The notes beneath the pieces are model-generated. The model worked only from the letters and a program-made list of their open reading frames with translations, was not told the DNA's origin and searched no databases. A stretch of DNA of 64,000 nucleotides, from the NCBI GenBank assembly GCA_964247055.1, contig OZ176054.1, positions 4,464,001-4,528,000 of the forward strand. Direction: 5' to 3'. A program made the position numbers and the translations under genes. This document shows positions 1-13,806 of this stretch, one piece after another (the stretch's first letter is position 1; the number at the start of each line of letters is the position of its first letter). Source of the stretch: Paragordius varius. Taxonomy: Eukaryota; Animalia; Nematomorpha.

Positions 1-273
1 GATATGATTATAGATCATTTGCAACCGAATATTCCACCCGCCTTTTTCTCCCTTTACTTTAATGATGTCGACCATGCAGATAATAAATAACAAGACTCGC
101 CGAACCTTGGTAAACACCTTAGCTTCATAAGGATTTTTTTCTTAATAAATTATTTACACTCTTGTCGAATGGGTCAAGCAGTAAATTTAGTCAACTGTCT
201 TAGCCACCATATAATGACTGGGATACTGATGATACTGCATTAATTCGGATTTATTCTACCTTAAAACCGAATA

Positions 274-3200
274 TAATATACCATTTGCACTTTAAGAGTG
301 TCCTTGAACAGTTCAAGTTGGTCCTTGAACATTTCAAGTTGGTCCTTAAACACTTCAAGTTGGTCCTTAAAATTTTCAAATTTTGATTTAACCATAATTT
401 TTGCATTTATTTTTTTATTTAATTATTTATTAACTTAACTTCTTTATTTATTATATATTTATCCATTTAAAAATAAATTTTTTTATTAAAAAACCACTTT
501 TTTGTTTCAAAATATTTTTTTTAATTGAACAAAATTATTAACTTTTAAATGTTTCTAATGAAAAATTTCAATTAAAGCGGCAAGAAATTCAAGGGAGTAT
601 TATTTTTATTATATACTATAAATATATTTAAAAATATGTTTCCTTTTAGTATTTATTAATCTTTTTCTTTGTTTTGTAGAGTTTCTTTTTTTTATTTGTA
701 TGCTAAGTATGTAATTTAATGAGTAATATAATTCATAAGTCATCAAAAATCATTGTTATACATATCTCTTTTTTTTCTCTACTCCTTGGTGCCTAATTAT
801 TTTATTTTTACTAGCCTAGCCATAATTTCTTTATATTTTTCTTTTATGATTGCTAGACAGAGTGAAATATTAATATTTATAATTTACCCAAATTAACAAC
901 ATTTATAAAGATTACTCTTTAATTTTAATTATTCTAGATATTTATTTTTTTTGTAAAGAGGGTAAGTGAGAGGGAAAGCAATGGCAAACCACCCTCGTTT
1001 ATTACTGCCAAAAAATAGTTTTACTATATGAACTTAACGAGACTTTTTAAAGTTGGATGCTGGAATGTACGTTCCTTAACAGAAACCAAACAGGTGATAA
1101 TTGAAAAGGAAATGGAAAGATTGAACTTAGATATACTGGGTCTAACGGAAACTAAGCAAAAAGGTAGCGCGAAAGTACAAAACGAAAATTATACATTGTT
1201 AAGATCGGGGAGAGATGACCAGAAATCAGAAGGCGTTGCAGTATTAATAAAAAACAAATTAAATAAAAGTCTCATTAGTTATACACCATATACACCCAGA
1301 TCATGACTATTAGGCTGAATGCCAAGCCACTTAAATTTACATACATAGTAGTCTATGCTCCTACGTCAAACGCTCCCAAAGAAGACATAGAGGACTTTTA
1401 TGCAACGTTGCAAATAGTTTTGGATGAAACGAAGAAAGGAGATATGATTATCATAGGAGGGGATTGGAACACCAAAGTCGGTAGAGGTAGAGTAGATCAA
1501 ATAGTTGGCCCATATGGATTGGGAGAACGAAACGAGGCCGGTGAAGCACTGATCAATTTTTGTCAAGAAAATGAGATGATGATAACCAACACATGGTTTC
1601 CACAACACAATAGGAGGTTATATACATGGACCTCTCCATGTGGTAAATATAAGAACCAAATTGATTACATAATATGTCCTCAAAAATGGAAAAGCTCTAT
1701 AATCGATACCAAAACAAGCAAAAGCAGCGATTGCTCTAGCGATCATGAGCTTCTAATAACCAAAATCAAATTAAAATAATTAAAAATAAGGTTAAACAGA
1801 TATACAGATATGACACTCGGAACATTCCAAATAGTTTTAGAACAGAAACAAAAGATAGTTTAGAAAGATTGGACAATGAATGTAGCTCAGAACAATTATG
1901 GGGAACGATAAAAAATGTTGTTAATGAAGTGGCAAAAGAAAAAGTGCAGAGAGTAAAGAGGAAAGATAACAAATGGATATCAGAAAAGAGTTTAGAGATA
2001 GTAGAAAAGAGGAGAAAAGCTAAATTAAGAGGTGATAATAAAATGGTAAAATTATATAACAAAGAATTTCAACTACAAAGGAAGGATTATGAAGATTTTC
2101 TTAATAAACAATGTCTGGAAGTGGAATTAAATAACAAAAAAGGTTTAATGCAACCAATGTTCCAGAAACTGAAGCAAATGACTCATAAACCTTTTATATC
2201 ATCCCAAAAGATTAAAAAAGAGAATGGCACCATATTGTGCAAACAAACAGAAGTACGAGAAAGATGGAAGGAATACACCCAAAAACTCTATCAGGCTCCT
2301 CAAGCAAAGGTGTTGCAATTAAAATAAGAAGAACGTGATCCAGATATATTAAGAGAGGAGGTTGAATTAGCCTTAAAACAAATTCCTAACAACAAAGCGA
2401 TGGCCCAATAGAGTTCATAAAAGCTATTCCTGTAGAAACGTTACACAAGTTAAGGTGTGGGAAACATGTGAGTGGCCAAACGACTGGACATCATCTGTAT
2501 ATCTCCCAATATACAAAAAAGGAGATGTACTCCAATGCGAGAACTATCGGAACATATCTCTTATTAGCCACGCTAGTAAGGTCTTACTAAAAGTAATACA
2601 AAACAGATGCACAGTATCATACAGACAGAAATACCAGAAAATCAAGCCGGATTTATGAAGGGAAAAAGCACAAGAGACCATATCTCAAACATGAGAAGGA
2701 TAATGGAAACATCAAAAGAGTTCCAGAAAGAATTATACATGTGTTTTATTGATTACAGACAAGCCTTCGATTCAATTAACTATGACTCCTTGTGGGAAAC
2801 ATTAAAGTTAGTAGGGGTATCGTCTCACTTAATAAGATTGATTAGCTCTCTCTATGTAAAACAAAGAGCGATAATTAGATCAGCGGGAGACACAGACGAA
2901 ATACCTATCTTGAAAGGAGTCAGACAAGGGTGTTGCTTATCCCCTTATCTGTTCAATATGTGCACAGAAATGATAATGAGGAAGTTGGACGGTAAAAATA
3001 TTGGAGTAAGAATAGGAGGGAGAACAATCAATAATTTAAGGTTTGCAGACGATACCACTCGCTGAAAGTGCAAATGATTTGAAGGAATTGATTGAAGAGA
3101 TTCGAAAGGAAAGTTTGAGGTATGGTCTTAAGCTTAATTCTAACAAAACCAAAATATTATGTACAGGAAAAAAGCCTACAATTATAATAGAAGGAGTAGA

Positions 3201-4132
3201 AATAGAAATAGTTAAACAGTTGACGTTTTTGGGCGCAATAATTTCAGAAGATGGGTCTTCAACTCCTGACATCAGAAAGTGAATAGGATTGGGTAGAGAA
3301 GCGATGACCAAATTAATAAAGATTTGGAAAAACAAAAGCGTAGGAGTTGAAACCAAAAAAAGATTACTCTACTGTTTCGTTCTCCCGGTCACCACATATG
3401 GATGTGAGAGTTGGACTCTCAGAAAAAGGGACAAAGATAGGCTCATGGCTTTTGAAAGGAGTTGCTGGCGTAGGATGCTAGGATACACCTGGAAGGATAA
3501 AATTAAGAATGGAAATCTAACTACAGAAATAAAACCTAAAACAAACATCCTGGAGATAATTCTAAAAAGAAAGTTAACATATTTTGGTCATGTCATGCGA
3601 TCGAATTCTCTGGAGAAAGATACAATGTTTGGGAAGGTAGAAAGGCAAAGGAAACGAGGCCGACCACCGATGAGGTGGTTGGATACGATAAAAGAAGAGA
3701 CCAAAATGACATTGAAAGTTAAAGATAGAAAAAAATGGAAAGAAATAGTTAAAACTTTATCCAAAAAGTCGTTTACGACTTAGGAAAAACCAACCAACCA
3801 ACCCAGAAAACTATATATTTTTTCATTTCGTGTTAAAATCTCATAACTATCTAAAATTATATTAAGAATTTAAAAAAGTTATACGGTTTCTCATAGATTA
3901 AAAATTAATATCGATTTAAAATTTATGTTAAATAATAGAAAATAGGTAAAAAACAATAGTATAGATGAATTATCTTCAATTTGATTGATAAAAGTTAAAA
4001 ACAAAACAAAAAAGTAAAAGGACCAACTTAAAGTGTTCAAGGACCAACTTGAAATGTTCACGACCAACTTGAACTGTTCAAGGACCAACTTGAAGTGTTC
4101 AAGGACACTCTTGAAGTGCAAATGATATATTA
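274..4132. mobile_element. Foldback/long-TIR DNA element remnant with subterminal 21-bp tandem repeats; the RTE LINE lies inside it
   Basis: 274-372 and 4019-4132 are reverse complements (catttgcact...gagtgtccttgaaca...). Each arm holds 3-5 tandem copies of a 21-bp unit (tccttgaacanttcaagttgg). No target-site duplication (TSD) identified. Confidence 0.6.
950..3803 (+). mobile_element. RTE-clade non-LTR retrotransposon (LINE), near full length, inactivated by several frameshifts and stops
   Basis: ORF pieces 1028-1779 give an APE endonuclease (GCWNVRSL, LGLTET, YAPT, GDWN, NQIDY, SDH). Pieces 1869-3783 give reverse transcriptase (ENYRNISL, QAGF, GVRQG, FADD) and the RTE C-terminus (YGCESWT, GRPPMRW). 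Short (ccaa)n tail at ~3789-3803. Confidence 0.93.
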
Positions 4133-4530
4133 AAACTTTATCGAATCAGCCTTATAGCCAATTGTTACAATCAGTCATACTTTTTTACCTTTAAATTTAG
4201 CGCGTAGGGCTTATTTTCTTTCCTGGCTAAAATTGTTGCAAAAAATGTTAACCAACTCTCACCAAATACCTTCCATAACATTATTTACATCATCATACTG
4301 AAATCTTATTCAGAGATAGTTAAGCTTCAAATATTGGTTTCCCTTTTACTACATCTCAAAAATCGCTATAACCACTAAGTAAGTACTAAGTATTATGGAG
4401 CAAAGTACCATCATACTCTTCATAAAATTTCAAAGCCCGTCCTGCTAGTTTACTGTTTTATTTCCCAGCCTTTTTTACTTTTTTTAAATTTCCTTTTCAT
4501 TATTTGATTTTATTATACAACACTTGAGAA

Positions 4531-4801
4531 CAGTGGTTTCCAAAAGGGGGAAAAAATTCTAAGGGGGTGTAATAAATTCTGGCCGCGAAAAATCTAGAGA
4601 ATATCAAAAAACAGACGAGAAACGAATTGAAGGAGTTAGGTGCGAACAAGATTTTCACCGATATGGAAAAAGTATTTCAAAAACTGCAGATATAAGGATA
4701 TCATTGATTGATATTTGTATTTTATGGATTTTTTTTGAGAGTGCGCGAGAATTTTATATTCAATTTGGTGGAGCTTGAATAAAAAAGGTTGGGCACCACT
4801 T
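4531..4801. mobile_element. Degraded hAT(Charlie-like) MITE
   Basis: Imperfect TIRs cagtggtttccaa / ttgggcaccact; TSD not clean. Confidence 0.4.
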
Positions 4802-5215
4802 TAGAAAGTCTTTATACGTTTTGACTTTTCCTGCAAAACGTTAAAATTCTTTAATACTTCATCCAGATACTGAGTTGCATTTTACATCTAAAAGTCAGCA
4901 AAATCTTTATCATTACCGATGACAAAATCGGCGAATCACTTCGTAAGTAAGAGGTCAATTTTACGATGATAATAAATTTTGAAAAAATTGACTCCCGATT
5001 TAACTTTTTTATTTTTAAATTTCAGATAGTTATACATAAAAATGTTGACAAAGTAAATTAACAAATGATTATTACACAGCAAGAGAGGGTAATAAAAAAA
5101 TACCAGACTTGTAATTCCGATTTTCATAACCTATGAGTCATTTTAGACAATATTTTTCAAATTTCGTCAAAAACAAAATTAACGAAGAATACAATGCATT
5201 TTTCAAATTATATTA

Positions 5216-5596
5216 CACTTGGATACACGTTCATTTGTCCAGTTCGATTTAGGTTTAAGTCTATGTTTAAAAATTATTATTAAAAATATGGAACAAATTG
5301 AAACCATTGCAAAGGTTTGTTGCGCCTACATTGATGCCCCGAAATATAAAAAAAAGATTTATTAAAAAACTTGACAATACTTATTTTATGGATAAACCCT
5401 AAGGTAAAAATTTGAACAATATGACTGGGTGAATTTTTATTAACAGAAGCATAAATTTAAATTTTCAGGCGTTTTTTAATTATATAAATTAAAATTCTCT
5501 GGTCATTTGTTACCCCAATTTAAATAAACCTGGATTTTCTAGCATGTAGGCGCAATAAACAAACTAACATATATTTCCTAATTTTAAATGCAAGTG
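5216..5596. mobile_element. MITE-like dispersed repeat with CACTT...AAGTG ends, copy 1
   Basis: Termini cacttgg / caagtg. Internal blocks (aaccctaaggtaaaaattt, agaagcataaatttaaatt) are shared with 12434-12977. Confidence 0.45.
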
Positions 5597-5749
5597 TGTT
5601 CGAGCAATTTTTTAAAATTGCGTTTTTCGCAAAAAACTAAATCCTCATTTTTTTATTTCAAACAAAATTATTTGTTGTTATTGCTAAGGTCGATCCCGAT
5701 TAACAGCAACATTAAAAATATATCTCTGATCATTGCAAATACAAGATCT

Positions 5750-7620
5750 AGCGTTTAGTTCGGCTAATGTTTCGTATGTTTCTTTGAGGATGTTATACAT
5801 CCAACGAGTTCATCTCCTTCCTCTTTTAAGGACCACTCACTTTTCCCAGCATCAGTGACTTTTCAAGTAAGTTAGATCCCATAAGGCCGAAATAGGATAG
5901 TTTTTGGCGTTATTAGGCTGCCCGGCAGTGACATTTCAAGATTAATTTTAAAAATAGTGGAGTTAGGAATTTAGTCTGACCATTTTGTTTGAAGAAGTTT
6001 CCTCCAAGCCCATAGTTCTAGTCGTTCGTCATATTTTTTCAGCGTCCGGCTTTCGCACCCATATGTGGGGTATACTCTTGCCTTGATTAATCTGATTTCG
6101 GTTTTAATTTGATATCATGCGACGTCCAAATCTTGTTGTATTTGAATGTAAATGCTTTTGCAATGGCAATTTTCGTTTTATTTCTGGAGTAGAGTTGTTG
6201 TCAGTTTTGTAAAACTGCCCAAATACGTGTAACTGTTTACACTTTCAATCTGATTTCCGGTGAGAATTCTTGAGTTGGTTGTTTGGCCGAGTTGATTTGT
6301 ATTACCTTTGTTTTTTTAAATTAAAGTTTTAATTCGTATTTATCGCATTAAATTGTAAAAAATTGCAGAACTTGCGATAATGTATCTATAATGTCCGCAA
6401 ATTTAACTGTGTCATCTGCGTAATAAACGGATGTGAGTGTTTCCTCCTACATTGATGCCAGAAATTGTGAATATGACGTTGATTAGATGGGTCGATACTC
6501 CAAGTTGTTTTAGGGATGTTTGTAATTTATTATGTTGGATGGAATTGAATGCTTTAGAAAAATGGACAAAGCACATTGCAGTTCTTTATTGTATCGATAT
6601 GTTTCACTAATATCCACCTCATATTGCATATCATATCTCGGCATCTCTTCCTTTTCGAAAACCAGCCGGGATTGTGGATATTTCGGGGTCAAGAATGGTA
6701 TTAGTCGCCCCTGTATTATTTTTAGGAAAACTTTAGACGCCTGGTTAATGAGCGCTATGTTACGATAGCTACTAAAGTAGGTTTCATAATTGATTTTAAC
6801 CAATTATCAGGAATTATTTTTATACCAAATATATTATGGAATAATTTGGTAAGTATATTGATCAGAATATATTTTATTATTTCAGTAAAGTTGTCTCTGT
6901 GTTCCTCTGATTTGCCGATACTAGAGTATTTTATAGCATATTCAACTTCTTTCATTATAGATGGGTTTTTTTCTTGAGTAGATTCGTTGATAATCTGAGA
7001 GTTTACGTCGTAAAGGTTTTTATGTGATTATTTCGTCTTTTTCGGTGACGATTTAATTTTTCTCGTTTCTCATAGGACTCTTGTGGTAAGTTTTTTTGTG
7101 TGGAATAATATTCTTTGTATGAGCAAAGAAATTTTGGTTACTTTTAGCGTCTGTTTCTAACTTTTCGCATAGTTGGTCGTTATAATTATTTTTGTCCTCT
7201 CTTGCACCCTTTGAAATTCGCTGTTTAGTTGTTTGTATTCATCCCATTTGCATTTAATTTTGGCTTGTATACGTTTTTCTGCGCTCACAAAAATTTTTGC
7301 TGACAATTTTATATTTTGTTTAGTATGTTTGTGAGGCTGTGTAAATTCGTCGGCTGTATCTTTGCAAATTATGTGTATCGCATTCCAAAAATTTATATTG
7401 AGACAGTTTTCGGAATTAAAGTTACTGGGCATTTCTCTTATAAAGGCGTATATAGTTAAGCGCTGTTTTTAAATTACCCCTGGGGGGATTACTATGCGCA
7501 AAAACGCTTCCTCAAAGTATAACTTGAAATTTTCTGGTGAGCTCAATTTGAATTCAATCATGGCCCCTTACCTTTCCCTTATTAGCATTCAAATATGGTG
7601 TAACCATTTTTTATAGTTGT
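5750..7620 (-). mobile_element. Heavily degraded, 5'-truncated RTE-clade LINE, diverged from the first copy
   Basis: Minus-strand fragments SYRNIALINQASKVFLKIIQGRL (RT), ADEFTQPHKHTKQNIKLS (linker) and LMLGKVSG..RGR..RWM (C-terminus) parallel the element at 950-3803. Confidence 0.8.
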
Positions 7621-7861
7621 TTGTGTGTAGCATACCCCGTAATAAATCACGTTTGCAAAGTATAAACAAGTAAACAAGTAAAGGGTGTAGCGTCAGAAGA
7701 TCGTCGGCCACCTGCCGTCAAGGCAATTCCTACCCACCCGTTATGCATTGAGCTTCAGAGCGGGGAAACACATCGGAGGTTGGGTTTGCCGTTAGTATCT
7801 ACATACATAAATAAAAGCCTTCATGTTATATGTGTTAATGGGAGTTAGTATAGTTAATAAG

Positions 7862-7862
<1 letters not shown>

Positions 7863-7897
<35 letters not shown>
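7863..7897. repeat. (TA)n microsatellite
   Basis: Direct reading. Similar (TA)n tracts lie at ~20768-20817, 27512-27540, 37590-37612 and 56642-56675. Confidence 0.95.
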
Positions 7898-7900
<3 letters not shown>

Positions 7901-8450
7901 TTAAAAGAAATGTTAATTTCGCCTTGTTAAGTAGGTAAAAGCAATAATTGAGTTTAAATAACCGTACAAACAGGGTTTGATTACTCCAGAAAGTAATGTC
8001 AAAGGTCTATGTCGGGTCAAATGTAGAGTTAATTTTAAGCTCTTATCTTTGGTGTGGAAGGGGGTCTTTTTTTGCATCTAAATGAGTGTGGCCTTTAGGT
8101 AAACCAATTTTGGAGATATTAGACATTACAAGCGTCAACGTTACCCCTTCGTGCGACCATGTTTCAGTTGTACCTTCAACTGGGACGCTAACCCGGGATA
8201 AGTGGTCGTTGAGCTTGCTCTGAGCTAAGTCTCAACTCCGACCAACAGAGATGTCGGAGATTGGTAACCAGCCCTGCTCAAATATCAGCGGCTTCAACAT
8301 TGCTTTCCAGGACGTCGTCCCACAATAATTGGCTAATAGTCAACTCAGAGTCGCGTCTTGCATGCTTTATACATTCAGTGGTACATTTTGTTCGTGGATA
8401 TCTGTGTGAAGCAGTCTATATTCTTAACTAACTGTATAGGTGTTTACCAT

Positions 8451-8695
8451 TAACAGATTTTGTTGTAAATATTACATCAATACTAACTAACTTTAACAGA
8501 GCGTTGTAAAATAAAAATTTATACCTTAATTACATGAATACTAACTGACATTAACAGAGCGTTGTAAATAAAATTTATATCATAATTACATCATTACTGA
8601 CATTAACAAAGCGTTGTAAAATAAAAGGTTATACCTTAATTACATCTATACAAACTGACATTAACAGAGCGTTGTAAAATAAAATTTATACCTTA
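8451..8695. repeat. Minisatellite, ~5 copies of a 43-58 bp unit
   Basis: Units start with taacagagcgttgtaaa at about 8451, 8494, 8552, 8604 and 8662. Confidence 0.9.
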
Positions 8696-9394
8696 TCCAG
8701 CAGTGGGAATTAACCTTAAAATACTACCGATTCCGCAATAGTACCATTCAATCTGGAGCAAAGTATCCGGTTCAAATAAAAGTTGAATATTGGTAATCAA
8801 CCCTCAAATATCAGCGGTTCCGATGTCATCGTCATATAGCAGGGATGTTTTGCGTTGGTTTCCAACGGGATAGGATTAGTAACTCTGGTGCGTTTCCTCG
8901 TTGTCAAGAGCTTAAAAGTGATCGAGGTTTTTGGGGTATAATCGTAATCGCGTTCATCAGCGCAGCTTCAAGAGCTCAGTTGGCCACAGTTATTGAAGTT
9001 TTTTCGGTAAGTTTTAAAGATCGGGGTCATTAGGAATTTACAGTCATTGTTCGATTCTAGCCTGGAGAGGATGTTGCGTCAGCCGGTGCCATACCTAACC
9101 ATCCAAATAAATAAAAGTCTCTAACATCATGATCGAGAATGTCTAAAAATCCCTAATTTTTTTTAATATTGTAGTTTTGTGCAAATTAATTTTTTTATTA
9201 AATGCGCTATTTCACTCCACTTCTCATATAAAATTGGCCTTAAAGCTAAAACGCGGCAAACGATTAGAGTTATTCCAGTATATTTATTCATAAATACACT
9301 GTGCACAATATCGGGAGCTACTGATAATTTATGTATGGACTGATTTATAACTGTATCAGGATTCTAAGATAGTTATTACGGCTTTTGTGGTAAC

Positions 9395-10681
9395 TAGGGT
9401 TGTGCCCATTAGTCAATGACCTAGGGTCATAACGGTCAATTTTTTTATTTTTTTTATTTTTTAAATTTTAAAATTTTTAGGAAAACAATATCTATATATG
9501 TATTATTTTGTTTTAAATATCATGTGATACACATCTTTTCTTTACTTCCTAAATCATAATGAGCCTTCTGGAACTTTTTCGATAAAAAAAGTCAAGTTAC
9601 ATGCAAGATATGCAATTACACTATATACATTTAAATAAAAACCGAATGAAGAAACATCTAGAAGTTCATGTAAATTATATGACAGAAGGTGATGGTCTAA
9701 AGCAAGCTAATTATTTAATTTCTTAAGTTTAGTCTTATAATTTCTGTTTTTAAGAGAAATTAGCCAGAAACATTTAGCAAAATTTAATTTTACATCCTCA
9801 ACTCTTAACATAGTTGAAAATAAACATTTACGGAGTTTCATTCATAGTTTAAACCTAATTATGCTATTCCAACTAGAAAACAGAGCAATGAATTACTAGA
9901 TTCGTGTTATGAAGATATAAAAATAGAAGTTATTGGAATATGTAAAAATAATATTTCATTAACGTCGATCCCTTTACCAATATTCGTAGGAAGCAAATTA
10001 TTATTATTTATTGGCCAAGGATCCCAAAAATCATTTTTTATTAACTATTGACACATCTGATCATAGTAAGACTGCCGAATGTATCTATAACCTAATGGAA
10101 CCAATAAAAGATATTCGAAATTTAAAAAATTATTGTGACCGATAATGCAGCGAACATAAAGACTGCTGAAAATTTGATTAATAAAGAATATCCTAATATA
10201 ATATGGCATAAATGCCAATGTCATATTTTAAATAATTTGATCAAAGAATATATTAAACATAATAAGATTACTGAAATTTTAAATGTAGTGAACACGATTA
10301 TATATTAAATCTAATAAATCGTATAAAAAATTTCCAAGTATAGATTTTTTTTGAACCATCCTAAATTAATCTAAATAATTAGAGCATAAATAGGTTTCAA
10401 TAAATCCATATTTTCTTGTTAGTCTTAGCTTTCTGTGATTTGAAACTTTCTATAAGTCTTTGTGTATGATTCCAGGAAAGATAGCCAATTGTAGAAATTT
10501 AAATTATCAGGATTGGTGAAAGTATAAAGTTAAAAATATAATTTATGTAAAAACCTTTTTTATGTGATGTATGTAGTTATTTATTATTGGCAATAACATA
10601 TGGTATGACCTAGGTCGGACCTAGGTCCGACCTAGGTCTGACCCCCTTTTTTTGAAAAAGGGGGTCAAAATCACAACCCTA
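9395..10681 (+). mobile_element. Non-autonomous hAT transposon (internally deleted, decayed transposase)
   Basis: 10-bp TIR tagggttgtg / cacaacccta and a perfect 8-bp TSD gtggtaac (9387-9394, 10682-10689). Internal remnants of a BED finger (FWNFF..VTCKICNY..KKH) and the DDE-core IVTDNAANI...CQCHILN motif. Confidence 0.9.
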
Positions 10682-12433
10682 GTGGTAACTGCCCCATATC
10701 GAAAAATCGCAAAATTTCACATTATGCTAAATAATTTTTTTTAAGTAAAAGCTAAAAGCATCCATCCAAAAAACTGCTATCAAAATATATGATAACTAAA
10801 TTTAAAACCAAAACATAATTTTAATAAAATTTAAAATTCTAGATGTGGGTTCCAAAATTATTAACCTCCCTAAATGGGCAAGATTCTTAAAATAAACGAA
10901 AATGCCAGTGATAAAATGTCTTATTAATTACGCCATCTTATGAATAAAAAATTTTTTTTAAGAAAGCAACCTTATTTTTTATTAAAATTTTGATGAACTG
11001 TGTTTCACGGTATAAACGATGGTTAAAACATACATACACTTTCTCATATATATAGCTGAACTTTCTATCAGAGAATTTCAATTAAAACATTTGTTCGCTT
11101 AATTTATATTAAGTGGGTTTTCCCAAAAAAATAAATTAAAAGATGAACAAATGATTTCATTAAGGATGTAATAGATATATTAAGCTTTATCCTATACAAA
11201 AAAGTGTTTTTTAATGTCTCAATATAACTATGCTTCAAGATAAAATACTGTTTATCAAATTTCAACATATCATACATTTTTAAAAATATTTTTTGATGTC
11301 ATAATCTAGCATATATTTAATATTCATATCCTGAGCGTTTTTGAGTTTATTATAGAGAATTGCCCCATGAGAGGGGGCAGTTTGAGGTTTTGGAGCTCAC
11401 ATCAAAAAATTATAATTTTATATTTTTTGAATTGAAGAACTTAGATCTTACCTAAATTTTTTGATCATATTTTAAGTTTTCAAATTTCACGATTTTTTAA
11501 ATATGGTGGTTACCACCAAAATATTTTTCCTTAACTCTTGGGCACAAAATCAAAAGCACCCTAATAACATGAAGCATTTTTTTATGAGAAAATATATGCT
11601 TTGTCAAGATGTTTTTTGTGTGCATGTATGTAGGTGCAACGAATATTGCTAAGCCCTTTTTGATTTACACATGTGTTTAGCACATTCATGTATAATAACA
11701 TTTTTCTATTGTTTTGAGCACGATGACTTGAATTTTCCCCCAGATCCTAAATTAATAAACAAACTGCTGTTTTGAAAGTTGTTTCGGCAACTAAATTATC
11801 AAACCCTCTTCTTCTCCATTAGATAATAAAACTCAGAATTTTGACAATTAACTTCGAGAGTTTCAAATTCATATAGATCCAAAGCACGCTTGAAACAAAC
11901 AGCTGATAATATCATTAATTAACATTGTGAATTTATATTAAAACTTTTCCACAGTTAATTTAACTACGTCCAAAATCAAATGGCATAAAAAATCCGGATA
12001 TATATTAAATCTGAGAAACTATATCAAGATTATCATGGTGCTTTTGGTTTTAGGAGTGATATAAGAAAGTGATACACACTATAAATGGCAGAAATTGCGC
12101 CCATTTTTTTAACACACAATTACTTATTGGGTTAGTTTTTATGCCTCAAAGCGATATGAAATTTGAATATTTTAAAAAGTATTTAAGGTATTAAGCCGAA
12201 TTTAAAATATCCTTTCTTTAGTGTTTCGACGCATACACAAAAATTTTTTGTTTTCAGTATTTTCACTATTTTTTTTAAATCTCTATTGCAACAGGCAAAT
12301 TAATGTATATTTATGGTTAAAAATGTAATTAACAATAAAGCATTCACACTAATTTTAACCAGCAAAAACTTGTTATATTTTGATATAAAAACCAGCTGTT
12401 TGTTTCAATGTTTTGGAGCTGTCTCAATTTTAA

Positions 12434-12977
12434 CACTTCAATATAACGTATACATTTGTATCCTTTGATTCAAATTGGGGTAGTTAGATACCTCATGTTT
12501 GTTTAAAATTAAATATTAAAAAAATGGAATAAATTTAAATCATGGCAAAAGTTTGCACTTATAAAACATTAACAAACCGAAAGATTAAAAAATATATTCA
12601 AAAAATACTTAGTATTACTTATTGAGAGGTAAAACCCAAAGGTAAAAATTTAGAAAACATGACAGGTGTGCAAAAAATTTAAGATTAATGCATAACATAC
12701 TATTTTTTCTGTTTATATTAATGTTATATGTGATTTTAATAAAAAGTAAGAATAATTTTAAGCTTTCAATCAAATAAACACTTTATTTTGAAAAATGTAA
12801 AATAAAAATGGCGTCCAAGTTTTCCAAAAATAAATTTTATTTAGATATTTTGGCTTATATATAATTTATTATAGAAGCATAAATTTAAATTAGAACCGTT
12901 ACTTTCAGTAGTTTTTTTTTAAATATCAACTTAAATATTGCCTGGGGTATTTACATATCGCAATTTGAATCGAAGTG
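12434..12977. mobile_element. MITE-like dispersed repeat with CACTT...AAGTG ends, copy 2
   Basis: Termini cacttc / gaagtg; internal similarity to 5216-5596. Confidence 0.45.
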
Positions 12978-13806
12978 TATCACAATACTGTAAAAATTAT
13001 AAGCTTTTTATCTAATACATGAGACAATGTTTAATAATTTTTTACAACTTAAACCGTAGAATTTACATAATTGAGCTCCTGCATATAAAACTACCCCTAA
13101 AAATAAACAAGGACAAAAAGCGAAAAGGAAATGAAATGTTAATAAAAAATTCAGTGAAAGATAATTTATTTCAAAAAATGCACTGAAATATTGCATTTAA
13201 AAAGCAAAATATTATTAAGTAAGTTTAATAAGGCTCAGCAAAATTTGGTTAAGCGTGTATCATGGTATTTTAAAACATGGTGGTAAAGGTAAAAAAACTT
13301 CATATTTGAAAAGCACTTTTTAATAATTCGATAATACTGAACATGTCTACCACGTCAATTCTATAATAAATATGTATTTAACTTTTAAATCACTTTTTTC
13401 AAAATCATTACTTTATAACTTAAATTTTTCGGCAAATAAGGCTTAATTAAGGTGTAATAGAATGGTTCAGCCCCATTGATTTATCTAAAAAAAGTAATTT
13501 TATAAAATCTAAAAGGGCTTTTATACCGTTTATTTATGCTTCAAAATACTTAAAACGCATCCCCAATGTTATAAATTAAATTTTTAAGCAAAATAAAGAA
13601 AATTTGCCCAATTCAGACAGGATTAATTAAGGTCTTTGTCATCCCAGATCTATTAGAATATGTACCCCTTAAATTTGTCAAAATATATAATTAATTTGAT
13701 TATTGCTCAATACGATTTTATTAGTTTAATATTTTGGAGGAGTTAACGACAACAATTCGTTACCGTTTGTATTAAATGTTCGTCTGCTCTCATTAAAACA
13801 CATGAA

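Noticed and set aside
296-372. 21-bp repeats (and the ~55-bp repeats at 8451-8695) as a CRISPR-like array
   Set aside because: The units are directly tandem with no unique spacers, and the context is eukaryotic.
955-1010. HDV-like ribozyme at the RTE 5' end (ggcaaaccacc motif, gagggt/accctc stem)
   Set aside because: RTE elements can carry such ribozymes, but I could not build the nested double pseudoknot from the available upstream sequence. A covariance-model search would be needed.
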